NCBI GenBank assembly: GCA_001662655.1
Contig: KV460206.1
DNA length: 64,000 nucleotides
Source: Pseudogymnoascus verrucosus
Taxonomy: Eukaryota
Reading direction: 5' to 3' (one strand)
In this document: one piece after another, positions 1 to 10,671 of the stretch
How positions within the stretch are numbered: the first letter of the stretch is position 1
Layout of the letters: each line of letters begins with the position of its first letter
Program-made: the position numbers and the translations under genes
The notes under the pieces: generated by a model
Told to the model about the DNA's origin: nothing
The model's database searches: none
Seen by the model: only the letters and a program-made list of their open reading frames with translations

Positions 1-803
1 AGCACCAGTGCGACTTCGAGGACTGGGGCGGAGGGCTTTATAAATGGTGGGATTGATTTGCAGTTGCTTTATCATGTGCTGCTGGTCATGTGGCAACTGA
101 GCTTTGAGGGTGCTGCTATTGGAGATGGGCTTGAGGAGTATGTTGTCCCTTCCTTTTACTTCCTGGTTAAATACTTACGAGTTATAGCGAGTACGATGTT
201 ATCCCTCTTTTCACACAGCTACTACGGCTATCGCCTAAGGAGAAAACGACACGTTTGTTAGTTTCTACACTTTACAACCTGATCTCAGGGAACCCAAAGT
301 CCCTCCTTCCTGCGGCAGCGCTTGTACGACTACCTGCACTTCTTCAAAACGTAAACGGACGCCATCTTACCGATCCGGATCTGATTGAGGACCTGACAGC
401 CCTATCTGAGCTGCTCGAAGAGCACACCAAGACGCAAACGACCTTTGACCAGTACGCGGCAGAGGTGGATTCCGGCCACTTGCGCTGGTCGCCACCGCAC
501 AGGAACACGGTCTTCTGGGCCGAAAACGCACGCAGGATCCTCGAGCATGACAACGGACACCTGCCAAAGAAGCTGGCTGAGATTATTGCCAAGCCTTGGG
601 ATAATGACAAGCAGGTTCTTGCTATTGTGTGTAACGATGTTGGGTGTTTGGTCAAGGAGGTGCCCGAGAAGAGGCAACAGCTGGAGAGGCTGGGGTTGAA
701 GACCAGGATTATGGAGCTGATGGCTGAGCCGGATGAGAGCGTGAGATGGGAGAGTTTGAGGGCTGTGGGGGAGTGGCTGAGATATAGCTTCGAGACGAAG
801 TAG
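1..803 (+). CDS. VMA13: V-type H+-ATPase V1 subunit H, 3' part (gene begins before window); exons <1..137, 188..803
   Basis: Spliced translation ...LQLLYHVLLVMWQLSFE...DEYDVIPLFTQLLRLSPKEKTTRLLVSTLYNL...LRWSPPHRNTVFWAENA...DVGCLVKEVPE...VRWESLRAV matches the V-ATPase H C-terminal domain. Intron 138..187 (GTATGT...TAG) restores the frame. Confidence 0.93.
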
Positions 804-1237
804 AGTGTCGTATTTGAAGATAGTTGGGGAATATGTGGCGAGCAGTTGGTGCTAGAGACCTTGTACTATCATCGCTTCGTGGTTTTGGTGGGGGTTTGCA
901 TAGAGGCGATACAGAGCCATGGGGAAGCTTTCCGATTTTCTTACAGATTCCACGCGGTATAGCATTCATATTATACACTTGATAGGAATTGAACGCAAAT
1001 GGGATTTGTGCTATCTGCCGTCTCCCCCATATTCTTTAAACTTGTTCGTAGCCCAGCCCAGTCCAGAGCCCAGATTTTTTGCTTGACATGACATGTGGAC
1101 TCGGACTTCGCCCACCACCTTATCCGGACTTGAGCTCCCGATAACGAACACCCCACATAAAAGGTTGCTGTCCCCGACTACAAACTCCCCGAGTTCCTCC
1201 TCCCACCACCACAACTTCAAACAGGTCAATTTTCAAG

Positions 1238-2647
1238 ATGAAGTCTCTCCGCTCTACTCGCTATCTCAAGGATGTCATTGCAGCGCGCAATGCCCTCCCG
1301 CGCTCCTCCGGTCTGATCACCGCAGCCACGCGCCGCAACATTTCAACACGCACCTCCCAGCGTCATATTCTCAAACCCACCGTCTCAGTCCCAGCAAACC
1401 CCCTCCAAACCACTCGCCATGCCTCCTCCTCTGCAGCTCCCGAAGAGGAGCTCTCCAAAACCCCCCTCTACGACTTCCACGTCCGCAACGGCGGCAAAAT
1501 GGTCCCTTTCGGCGGCTACGCCATGCCCGTCCAGTACTCCTCCCTCTCCGTCCTCGACTCCCACAACTTTACCCGCACGGGCGCCTCCCTCTTCGACGTC
1601 TCCCACATGGTGCAGCACCACTTCACCGGCCCCGGTGCGGCGGCCTTCCTCGAGAGCATCACCCCCAGCGACGTCGCTGGGCTACCCGTGCACGGGAGCA
1701 CGCTTAGCACGCTCCTCCTACCGACGGGGGGCATTGTGGACGATTTGATCATCACGAAGCTGTGGGATGATCGCTTCTACGTTGTTACCAATGCGGGGTG
1801 TCGCGAGAAGGACTTGAAGTACCTCAAGGAGCATCTCAAGACTTTCCGTCTCGAGAACAGCTCTGAGGTCGAGTGGACGGTGCTGGAGGGCAAGGGGCTG
1901 ATTGCTCTGCAGGGCCCGAAGGCGAAGGAAATTCTCAGCAAGCTTGTTGCTGACCCGGCGCGCGATGGGCGCTTGTCGAACTTGTATTTTGGACAGAGCA
2001 GGTATATGAAGCTCCGCACTGCCAAGGTGGGCGAGGAGCTGCCGTTCCAGAGCAGCTTGTTGTTGGTTAGCAGGGGTGGGTATACGGGAGAGGATGGATT
2101 TGAGATCTCGATCCCCGCGCAGGAGACGGAGAGGGTTACGGAGATGATCCTCGAGGCTGGCGGTCCCGAGATGGTACAGCTGGCTGGCCTCGGAGCTAGA
2201 GACAGCTTGAGGTTGGAGGCTGGTATGTGTCTGTATGGCCACGACCTGAACGAGACCATCACACCCGTCGAGGCTGGCATGAGCTGGATCATCGGCAAGA
2301 GGAGGAGAGCAGAGGGCGGATTCCTCGGCGCAGAGACGATCTTGCCCCAGCTGAAGCCGAAGGCCAAAGGTGGAAAAGGTATCGAGCGCCGCCGGGTCGG
2401 ACTCATCGTGCAAGGCCCGCCGGCCCGCGAGGGCGCGGTGATCAGGGTGGACGGAAAGGATGTGGGCGTCGTCACGAGCGGATGCCCAAGTCCGTGCTTG
2501 CAGAAGAATATCGCGATGGGGTATATTCAGGAGGGGTTGCACAAGTCGGGGACGCCAGTTGAGGTTGTCGTCAGGGGGAAGGCGAGGAAGGCAGAGGTTG
2601 CGAAGATGCCTTTCTTGGCTACGGGTTACTACAAACAGGAGGAGTAG
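1238..2647 (+). CDS. GCV1: Glycine cleavage system T protein (aminomethyltransferase), mitochondrial; intronless, 469 aa
   Basis: Motifs KTPLYDFH, MVPFGGYAMPVQY, LFDVSHM, SRGGYTGEDGFEIS, GLGARDSLRLEAGMCLYG; Arg/Ser-rich N-terminal presequence. Confidence 0.97.
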   Translation: MKSLRSTRYLKDVIAARNALPRSSGLITAATRRNISTRTSQRHILKPTVSVPANPLQTTRHASSSAAPEEELSKTPLYDFHVRNGGKMVPFGGYAMPVQYSSLSVLDSHNFTRTGASLFDVSHMVQHHFTGPGAAAFLESITPSDVAGLPVHGSTLSTLLLPTGGIVDDLIITKLWDDRFYVVTNAGCREKDLKYLKEHLKTFRLENSSEVEWTVLEGKGLIALQGPKAKEILSKLVADPARDGRLSNLYFGQSRYMKLRTAKVGEELPFQSSLLLVSRGGYTGEDGFEISIPAQETERVTEMILEAGGPEMVQLAGLGARDSLRLEAGMCLYGHDLNETITPVEAGMSWIIGKRRRAEGGFLGAETILPQLKPKAKGGKGIERRRVGLIVQGPPAREGAVIRVDGKDVGVVTSGCPSPCLQKNIAMGYIQEGLHKSGTPVEVVVRGKARKAEVAKMPFLATGYYKQEE

Positions 2648-4155
2648 GAGCTATGTTGGGCAGCATGGGTTTGGTAATCTAGTATTATTTCTTGTATAGA
2701 AGGTACACAATTCCTACGTTAGCTGGAAGATAATTGAACGTGACACTTGTTATTTCTGGTAGCCTCGAGCATTCTAAGCTTTCCTGCCAACCAGAGGCCA
2801 GATTGAACCCGTAGGACACGAATTATACGCCGTAGAACCCGTCGGCATGGAATGGAATGCGGGGTTAAATATGTCGACAGAGGACTGAAAATACTGGTAG
2901 ACAGGTGGATTCCAGGTGGATCGCACGATGTTACACGCCTTCGAGTCTAACAACATAAAATCAAGTTGTCCAAAAGTCCAATAACCCGCTAACAGTGAGA
3001 CAGTCCCGATGGTGATTCGTCGTCGCCAATATATCATTATGAGGAGACAATGGATAGAAAGACGTTGGTTGAGCCGGAGATATGTTATGATATGTGATTC
3101 CTGTCGCACGAATCTATGGTATCAAAACTGATTGAAGCAAGGAGATGAAGAGTAAAATTAGGGCCCGCCTAACTAACACTCCGGTTGAGCCGAACAGTCC
3201 CTTGTTGAAATAAATACCACCGAGAACGTGGAATGGTGATCTGTTACAGCGGATTATACGGATAAAAACTATATACCACTCTAAATTGACGTTGGGGCGG
3301 TAAGACTCCCCTGCACAATATATGATACATCAAGTGGATTAAGCTTCATGGCGCCGCCCCTCCCGTCGGCTTATCTCTGCTGCGCCCAGCAATGCCACGT
3401 CTCCCTTCCTAAACTACCAATAGGAAATGCATCCCAAGTACCCGATCTGCATTCCTCGTTCTATCAGATCTAGGTCCAGGACATCTCGAGATATCTCTTC
3501 CGATATAAGACATCTAAGACCTCCGCGCGTCCACGAAGTCTCACATCTGCGGCAGCCCCCCTCTCTGCATCATTCTTTTGGATTAAACAGTGTAATTCTA
3601 TCCAACGGTTCAAAAATTTCGTGCTAACCTGTATAACACCGGAAGAGAAGGTCAATTCAACCTAGACTAAACTGGGCTTTTATGGTATCAGTTCTTGGAG
3701 ACGACCGGCCACATACATCAATATGCATCAAGCTACGCGGATACAACAGCAAGCAAGGCCGTCGATGCATTCTCTGACTCCATTGTTGATCCCTGTGGGG
3801 GGCGGGCCGATCAGCAATGGGACGACGGGACAACGTCTTTTTGCTGTGAAAGGGGGCTGTCCAGCATAGTCCGATCGCCGATTTACTAGCATGTGTTTAT
3901 CCTAAGGTGTAAAACTCCCTGCCGTGCGGGGGGGGGGGTCATATTCAAGAAGCATGTTGGTAGTTTTCTGGTCTTGGTCTTCATATATAGCTCGAATGCT
4001 CGTTCCATGGCCATAATTCCATCGACATTTCCTGGAGAAATATCGACACCATTCGCACGCTCTTGCCACAATATCTTCAGCCATAAGTTATTAAATACTA
4101 CTTCAAGATCTTGGTTTACACTTATATTGGCTAGGAACACTTTCTTGCCTTGAAA

Positions 4156-6277
4156 ATGACAAATCCCGGTCCCCCCCCGGGTTATCTGGATGACGAGAAA
4201 AGGGGCCGTATTACTGTAACTACTACCGAAGTTGAGGATTTCCCGCCCCCAAAGACCGAGAGCGTTGTATCCATGGGTGCATTTGCAACTGCTACGAGTC
4301 CCTCAGAGGGAGGGACCTTGGTCCCTGATGAGCCGGACAAGCCAAGCAATGAGTTATCACCATGGCGAACCAGTATTATTATTATCACACTTTCGGGGAT
4401 CACTCTTACAACCAGTATGAGTGTTGGTGCGTTTACTATTGCCTTGCCAGCTATGGCTAAAGATATGAATCTTACCGCTCAGTTTTTACTATGGTAAGCA
4501 ATAATATCTTCTTCAACTATCTCTTGGTGCCTTCGTGCTTCACCTCTGAAGCTATTGTAATGTCCAACACGTCCGGTCGCATAATTGTACATAACTTCTT
4601 CCATTATCTGGTAGCTCCTAAGAAACTGTTACTGACAGTTTTATTATAGGCCTCAATCAATGTACTCGTAAGTATTGCAGTGAATAGTATACTACAATAA
4701 CTAAGAAATCCTTCAGCCTTACCAATGGCTGCTTCCTCTTCCTCGCTGGCTCGATAGCGGACCACATTGGCAACCGCAACATGAACATTTTCGGCTGTTT
4801 CTTTGCAGGATCATTCGTCCTAGCTGCCGGCCTCTCACAAACAGGTCTCCAACTGACCGCCTTCCGTGGGCTACAAGGTATCGGCGCCGCGATGTGCCTG
4901 CCAACTGCCTTTAGTATAATATCAAAGACAATCCCTATGGGAAGAAAGAGAAACATCGCTTTCGCATGTCTAGGCCTGGGACAACCACTCGGATGGTTTC
5001 TAGGTCTGTTAGTCGGAGGTATCTGTGAAGGGTCACGGCCTGGATGGCGACTTGCAATTTATATCACGGCAGCACTGACTATTCTCCTTGGATTGGTTAA
5101 CATCTGGTCGCTCCCCAACGATAGGAGGAAAGAGTCGTCATCATGGAGCAGCTTCTACCGCAGTGTAGATTGGGTAGGTCTTACTATCTCGAGTACGTGC
5201 TTCGGCACTCTCTCATACGTTTTTGCGTAAGTTTCTCTTGTCCCGTCTATGTTCATTCCATCTAGGGCACATGCTAACACGCTCTGCGCAGAGCCATTTC
5301 GGGGGATCTCGAAGCGATAGAACATCCGGCCAATATAGTTCTTCTTTGCCTCGCTGCACTTCTCATACCCATGTTTGCCTTCTGGATGAATTTACAGGAG
5401 AAGCATGGACGCCCAGCACTGGTCCCGAATTCAATGTGGCGTAATAAAGCTTTCACATGCATGTGTCTTATGGTAGTTCTTATATGGGCCACCCTTCAAT
5501 GTATGAGGCTGTTCCTCAGTCTCTTGTAAGTTTCCTCTGTTATCTTCGTGCTAATACGAGATCAAACTAACAACTCTTTTTCTTGTTAGTTTACAAAATA
5601 TCCAACATTTTAGTGCTCTGAAAGCTGCAGTTCTCCTCCTCCCAAATGTCATTGCTGGTATCGCCCTCAATCTGCTCACGGGGTTCCTCGCCTGCCGTGT
5701 CAGCAGCTACTATCTCGTCTTTGCTGCGAACGTTTTTGGAATTCTCTCCCCATTGCTTCTGTGTGTTATCAACCCCGCCTGGAACTACTGGCTATGTAGT
5801 TTCTGGGCTGTGCTACTGAGCCCGGTATCTGCAGGAGGTAAATAATTCTCTCCCCGTCTCCAAGCATCGTCTCCTTCACAACCAGCTTATCACTGGTGCT
5901 GAGTTTCCACGTAAACAAAAGGCAATAACTAACATCTCTGAACAGTTGTCTTCACAATCGCCAACCTTGTCATCACTGATGCTTTCCCAAAAGAGACACA
6001 GGCTCTCGCAGGCGCTATGTCCAACACTGCCCAGCAGCTCGGAGGTGCCTTCGGGCTGGCACTTGCCGGAGTCGTGGCCGCGCGCGGGTCCCAGGGAGGA
6101 CAAAAAGGGAGTCAAGATGCAATGTGGTTAGGATATCGGGCCGTGTTCTACATGTGTTTCGGCGCCATGGTGGTGGCGTGCTTACTTGGTGCTGTGGCAT
6201 TACGAGGGGCGGGGGTAGTGGGGACAAGCAATGAGGAGAAGAGGCCTACTACAGCAAAGCAGGACGGAGATGTATAG
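4156..6277 (+). CDS. MFS drug/H+ antiporter-like transporter (14-TMS type); exons 4156..4493, 4650..4667, 4717..5226, 5292..5525, 5590..5837, 5946..6277
   Basis: Five GT-AG introns join into a continuous hydrophobic ORF with MFS motifs (LLWPQSMYSLTNGCFLFLAGSIADHIGNR; FRGLQGIGAA; VDWVG; AGAMSNTAQQLGGAFGLA). Confidence 0.88.
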
Positions 6278-7362
6278 GCTGTGTGACATTAAATAAAAAA
6301 CGGGACTGCATGAGGCTGAAAAAAGCCGAGGGGGAGGGTAAGTTGGATTTTTTGTTAAGCAAGGGGCTCATTCAGGGGGAGAAACGGCTGGAAAACGGTT
6401 TTCACTTGGCATGGGTCCGGGATGTTCGTTGCTGCAACTCGGAACAATCACTATCATAGTATAATGTTATCACTTAATTAATTGCTATTTTATCCATATC
6501 TTCTCAATATGTCCATAACACAGAGCAATCCTGGTGTGGTAGTATGTAGGGACTCTGCACTGCCGTAACACATCCATATACATATTGAAGCTATCAACCA
6601 AGGTGGCACTCATTGCCGCTCTAAGTTCATGAGCCAGTTAAACATGCTCCTCTACGGATATATTACATGGTTCCACCTTCAATCCTTAGGTTTAGCACGT
6701 TCGCGATGTTTGTATTCCCATCTAGGTCCGACTGTAGTGCTCTGGGCCCGCTCCGCCGTGCTCTTGGTTGATCTGTCGTGGCAACTTGTGCGTTGTCATT
6801 GCGCCTTATTTCTAAAGGCACTGGATATTATGTTTTAATGCAGTAGCTTCATATAGCTTCATAACACTAGGAGTAAGAGTCGGATGTTCAAGGCAAGTGG
6901 ATCGGTCTGCATTTTGTTACTTGTGCAAAGATGGATCCCGCGTTCCATTATTGAACAAGACTCATGCATGTAACCTGACGATAGTGCTCTACGCCTTGAA
7001 ATAATCTGTTGGCTGCTGAGATATTTTATTATCGCAGCTGTTTCTGTCAGAAAATCAGATATGGGCACGAAATATCTAGAGTAGACTCGTTGTTAGTTTC
7101 TCACATTCCATACCACGCGGCTACTTCCGTCCCAGACACAATATGCAAAGAGAGGTTACACTGTATTGACAAAACCTTGATCGAATCTATATGTGTACAA
7201 AACATCTTAGCGGCAACTCTCATCATACACTCTATGAATCCCAGCTCCCGCTTCTCGCAACCCACCACGGCTGCAGCCGCCCGCTACCACCAATCTCGAA
7301 TCCAAGTTCAACACCCTAGCCGCCCGCCCCATCCAATCTTCTAGCTCTTTTAATTACAATTC

Positions 7363-9037
7363 TTATGCGTTCCTCGACATATCTCCACGGATCCTGTTGT
7401 AATCTAAGAGGCCTTCGATCGAGCCAACAGCGCTAATGGCGATATCCTGATCCCAGAGCTTCCTCTGTGCGAAGTCCATGATGTCCTTCTCAGTGATCTT
7501 GCTGACGACACGCTCGACCTCCTCGGGGCCCATGCGGCGGCCAGAGGTGATGATCTGGCGGCCGATGTCCTCGGCGACGGCGGTGGTGCCGTCAAGGGAG
7601 AGGAGGATGGAAGCCTTGAGCTGAGCCTTGGCGCGCTCGACCTCGGCCTCGGTGACGTTGTACGACAGGCGAGACCACTCACGGAGAGTGAAGTGAACCA
7701 GGTCGTCCAAGCGGGTCAGGTTGTCGGAGACAAGGTAGATACCCCACAGACTAGACATGTTAGCTACATATATAAACGAAGGCTACAGTGTAACATACCC
7801 AGTGTCGCTGTACGAGGTGGAAAAGCTCATGAAGCTGTTGGCCAGGTCGTTCTTGTGAACAAAGCCGCTGAGCTTGCTGCCCATGTGAGGAGCGTTGCCC
7901 ATGGCCTTGTCCCAGTTACCGACAATAGCCTGGGTAACGAGAGCAGTGAAGTAGTCCTCATCCTTCCAGGAGACACCCTCGACGGCAATGGCAATGTTGG
8001 CAGTTGGGATGGTGTCATCACGGATGCGGACTTCCGAGCCGACGAACTCAGGCTTGCGCTTCTGGAGCTGGGCAACGGCAGCGGACGCCTGGGAAATTGG
8101 CCCAGATGGGAGACCGGCGAAGTGCTTCTCAGCAAGCTCGACGAGCTGAGCGTGGGGGACACCACCAGCACCGACGAGGACCATGCGGTCGGCAGTGTAG
8201 TTGGTCTTGATGTAGTCAACGAGATCCTCCCTTTGGATGCTCTGGATGTTCTCTGCCGGGCCAAGGATGGTGCGGCCGAGCGGCTGTCCCTGGAAGGCGG
8301 TGGCGTGAAGGTGGTCGAAGACAACCTCCTCGAGCTGCTTGTCAACCTCCTCAGACTCTCTGAGGATAACATCGCGCTCACGCTCGATAGCGGACTTCTC
8401 GAGCTTGGAGTTTTGAAGGATATCGGAGAGAATGTTGACGGTCGCGGGCACATCGGCGTTGAAGGCCTTTGCGTAGTAGACAGTGTTCTCGCGCTGTTGT
8501 AGATTAGCATGCTGTCTAGTATATCATTGCTGATGTCATTGCTGATGTCAAAACATACAGATGTGTAGGCGTTCAGGTGTCCACCCATGTTCTCGATTTC
8601 GAGCTCAAGCTGCTGTTGTGTGCGGTTGGAGGTTCCCTATTCATCAAATCAATATCCATCCATCCCCAAAAGCTTTTCCCAGCTTCTCCATGACTATTTA
8701 CCTTGAATGCGAGATGCTCCAAGAAGTGTGCTGTGCCATTGGTCTTGTCCGTTTCCGCCCGAGATCCGGCATCAATCCAAACACCAACAGTCGAAGTCTG
8801 TGCCCATGGCGAGTGCTCAGTGGCAATCTACGTGTCTCCGTCAGTCCATTGAATCTCACAGCTTCCATCGTCTCGATGCGCGCATACCGTCATGCCATTG
8901 GAGAGAGTTGTGCACTCCGTGGCGACGCCATTCTTCGTGGTGACTGGAGTTGCAAAACCTCTCCTCACGGGGGCGTTGAACGCAGCACGCTTGCTGAGGC
9001 CCTGGGTGAGGTTAAGTGCTAACCGCCGGGACGCCAT
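7363..9037 (-). CDS. MAS1: Mitochondrial processing peptidase beta subunit / complex III core protein 1 (peptidase M16); exons 9037..8888, 8827..8702, 8636..8559, 8493..7799, 7750..7363
   Basis: Intact HxxEH zinc motif in NGTAHFLEHLAFKGT; GGHLNAYTSRENTVYYAK; SFSTSYSDTGLWGIY; four canonical introns; presequence MASRRLAL. Confidence 0.96.
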
Positions 9038-9179
9038 GGCAGCTGTATGTGAAGGTGTTCAATGAGGGTATAAGGAAAATGCGAAGAGAGGAGGCTCAGT
9101 GAACGCAATCAGCACAAGTCGTCGTCAATGGTAGAGGACCGGTGGTAGTCGGGATTTTAGATTCGCTCAGGCTTGAAAT

Positions 9180-9198
9180 CTGATTCGGCCAATCAGAG
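9180..9198. promoter_or_regulatory. CCAAT box (CCAATCAG) with a mirrored CGAAT box in the MAS1/SDH4 divergent promoter
   Basis: CTGATT-CGGCC-AATCAG inverted repeat near the middle of the 296-bp gap between two respiratory-chain genes. The fungal CCAAT-binding (Hap) complex is an established regulator of respiratory genes. Confidence 0.55.
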
Positions 9199-9333
9199 CG
9201 TCGATATAGTATCTGAGCTAAGCGGCTCTCTCCTCGGCTATGTCACAGGATTCCGAGTATGCTCGACCACCGAACCTCACTTTTGCCCTGCATCACCAAT
9301 TCCACGCCTGTACACTCACCGGGAGTTTTGGCA

Positions 9334-10041
9334 ATGGCTTCAATTATTCGTCCTACGGTGCTGAGGCAATCTTGCCTGGCCGCTGCCTCGAAGCGCGCAT
9401 ACACAACCAAGGTCTCGTCGTCCTTCCCGGCCATCCTGTCCCAGCCGACACGACCCGCACCAGCACGACAGGCCATCAAGAGCGCATTCGCGCCTGGCAA
9501 TGTCCGAGTAGCTGCCTTCCACGCCGGTGGCCGCCAGCAGATTCTCCCTGCAGGTCCCCGTATGTCTACTCAGTTGCCCCAATCCTTAGAACGCATCGCT
9601 AACAGAAGTCACAGAGGTCATTGACGGAACTGGTATGATATCCTCCCACGGAACACAACAACACCAACAGCAATACTAATTGTAGCAGCAAACGACGCCG
9701 CCGTTGTGCCCCCGACAAACGCCTCCGAGGGCTCCTACCACTGGACCTTCGAGCGTCTCATCGCCGCCGGTCTCATCCCCCTCACCATCGCGCCCTTCGT
9801 CGCTGGCTCCCTCAACCCTGCCACTGACGCCATCATCTGCGGTGCCGTCCTCGTCCACTCACATATCGGCTTCGACGCCATGATCGTCGACTACTTCCCC
9901 GCCAGGCGCGTGCCGAAGACCAAGAAGGCTCTGGGATGGGTGCTGAGGGCCGCGACGGTGGCGGTGGGTGTTGGACTTTACGAGTTCGAGACCAACGATA
10001 TTGGTGTTACGGAGGCGATCAAGAAGATCTGGACGGCTTAG
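9334..10041 (+). CDS. SDH4: Succinate dehydrogenase cytochrome b small subunit (CybS); exons 9334..9559, 9615..9632, 9686 or 9689..10041
   Basis: GSYHWTFERL, HSHIGFDAMIVDY and GLYEFETNDIGVTEAIKKIW are characteristic of Sdh4; mitochondrial presequence; two introns with canonical signals. Confidence 0.95.
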
Positions 10042-10671
10042 ATTGGTTTGCGCGTTTGGGATGGGGGTGTGGTGTATACATAGTAGCTGGCTAAACAGCA
10101 ATACCAAATGTCAAGTATTTTCCTGAAGTCTGCTTTGTATAGCTGCATTGCGTGTGATTCGAGAGGAACAATTGCGATGTCATGAAGATAAACATTCACT
10201 TGTAGCATTCCAAAGCAGTATGTTATGGTATTTATACCCCTTTCTATAGACCTAGAGGTTTCTGGCTTATTTTGCCAGTGGTGAGGCATATCCTTCCCTT
10301 GACCCGAAGGAGCACATGCTTTAAGGGAACTGAATGTAGAAGATGGCATTCGCCCTCTAGAGTCTAATTTGGTGCATATCTGCTTCATGCAGCGGAAGTA
10401 TCATCTGTAATTAGCTATATGTATTACTGATATTTCGTCCTAGAAGGCTAACTTTCATGGCATATTCTAAATACAGAGCCTCAATTCAAGAAGACGAATG
10501 CCAGAAGACGAACCAACGAATACATCAAGCCTAAACGCGCAAAATACAAGCCACACACTGCAAGTAAAAATCACATCTATTTGTACATCCAGATAGCATA
10601 CATCTAACACAACATGACATATAATACAAATCACACTCCCCCCTCCATCAACCCCAACCCCACCAACGCAG

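Noticed and set aside
1718..2542. Long antisense ORFs opposite GCV1, MAS1, SAP, SCH9 and others
   Set aside because: Expected shadows of GC-rich codon usage on the coding strand; no independent motifs.
8524..8550. 12-bp tandem duplication (TCATTGCTGATG) in MAS1 intron 3
   Set aside because: Small slippage duplication with no effect on splice signals.
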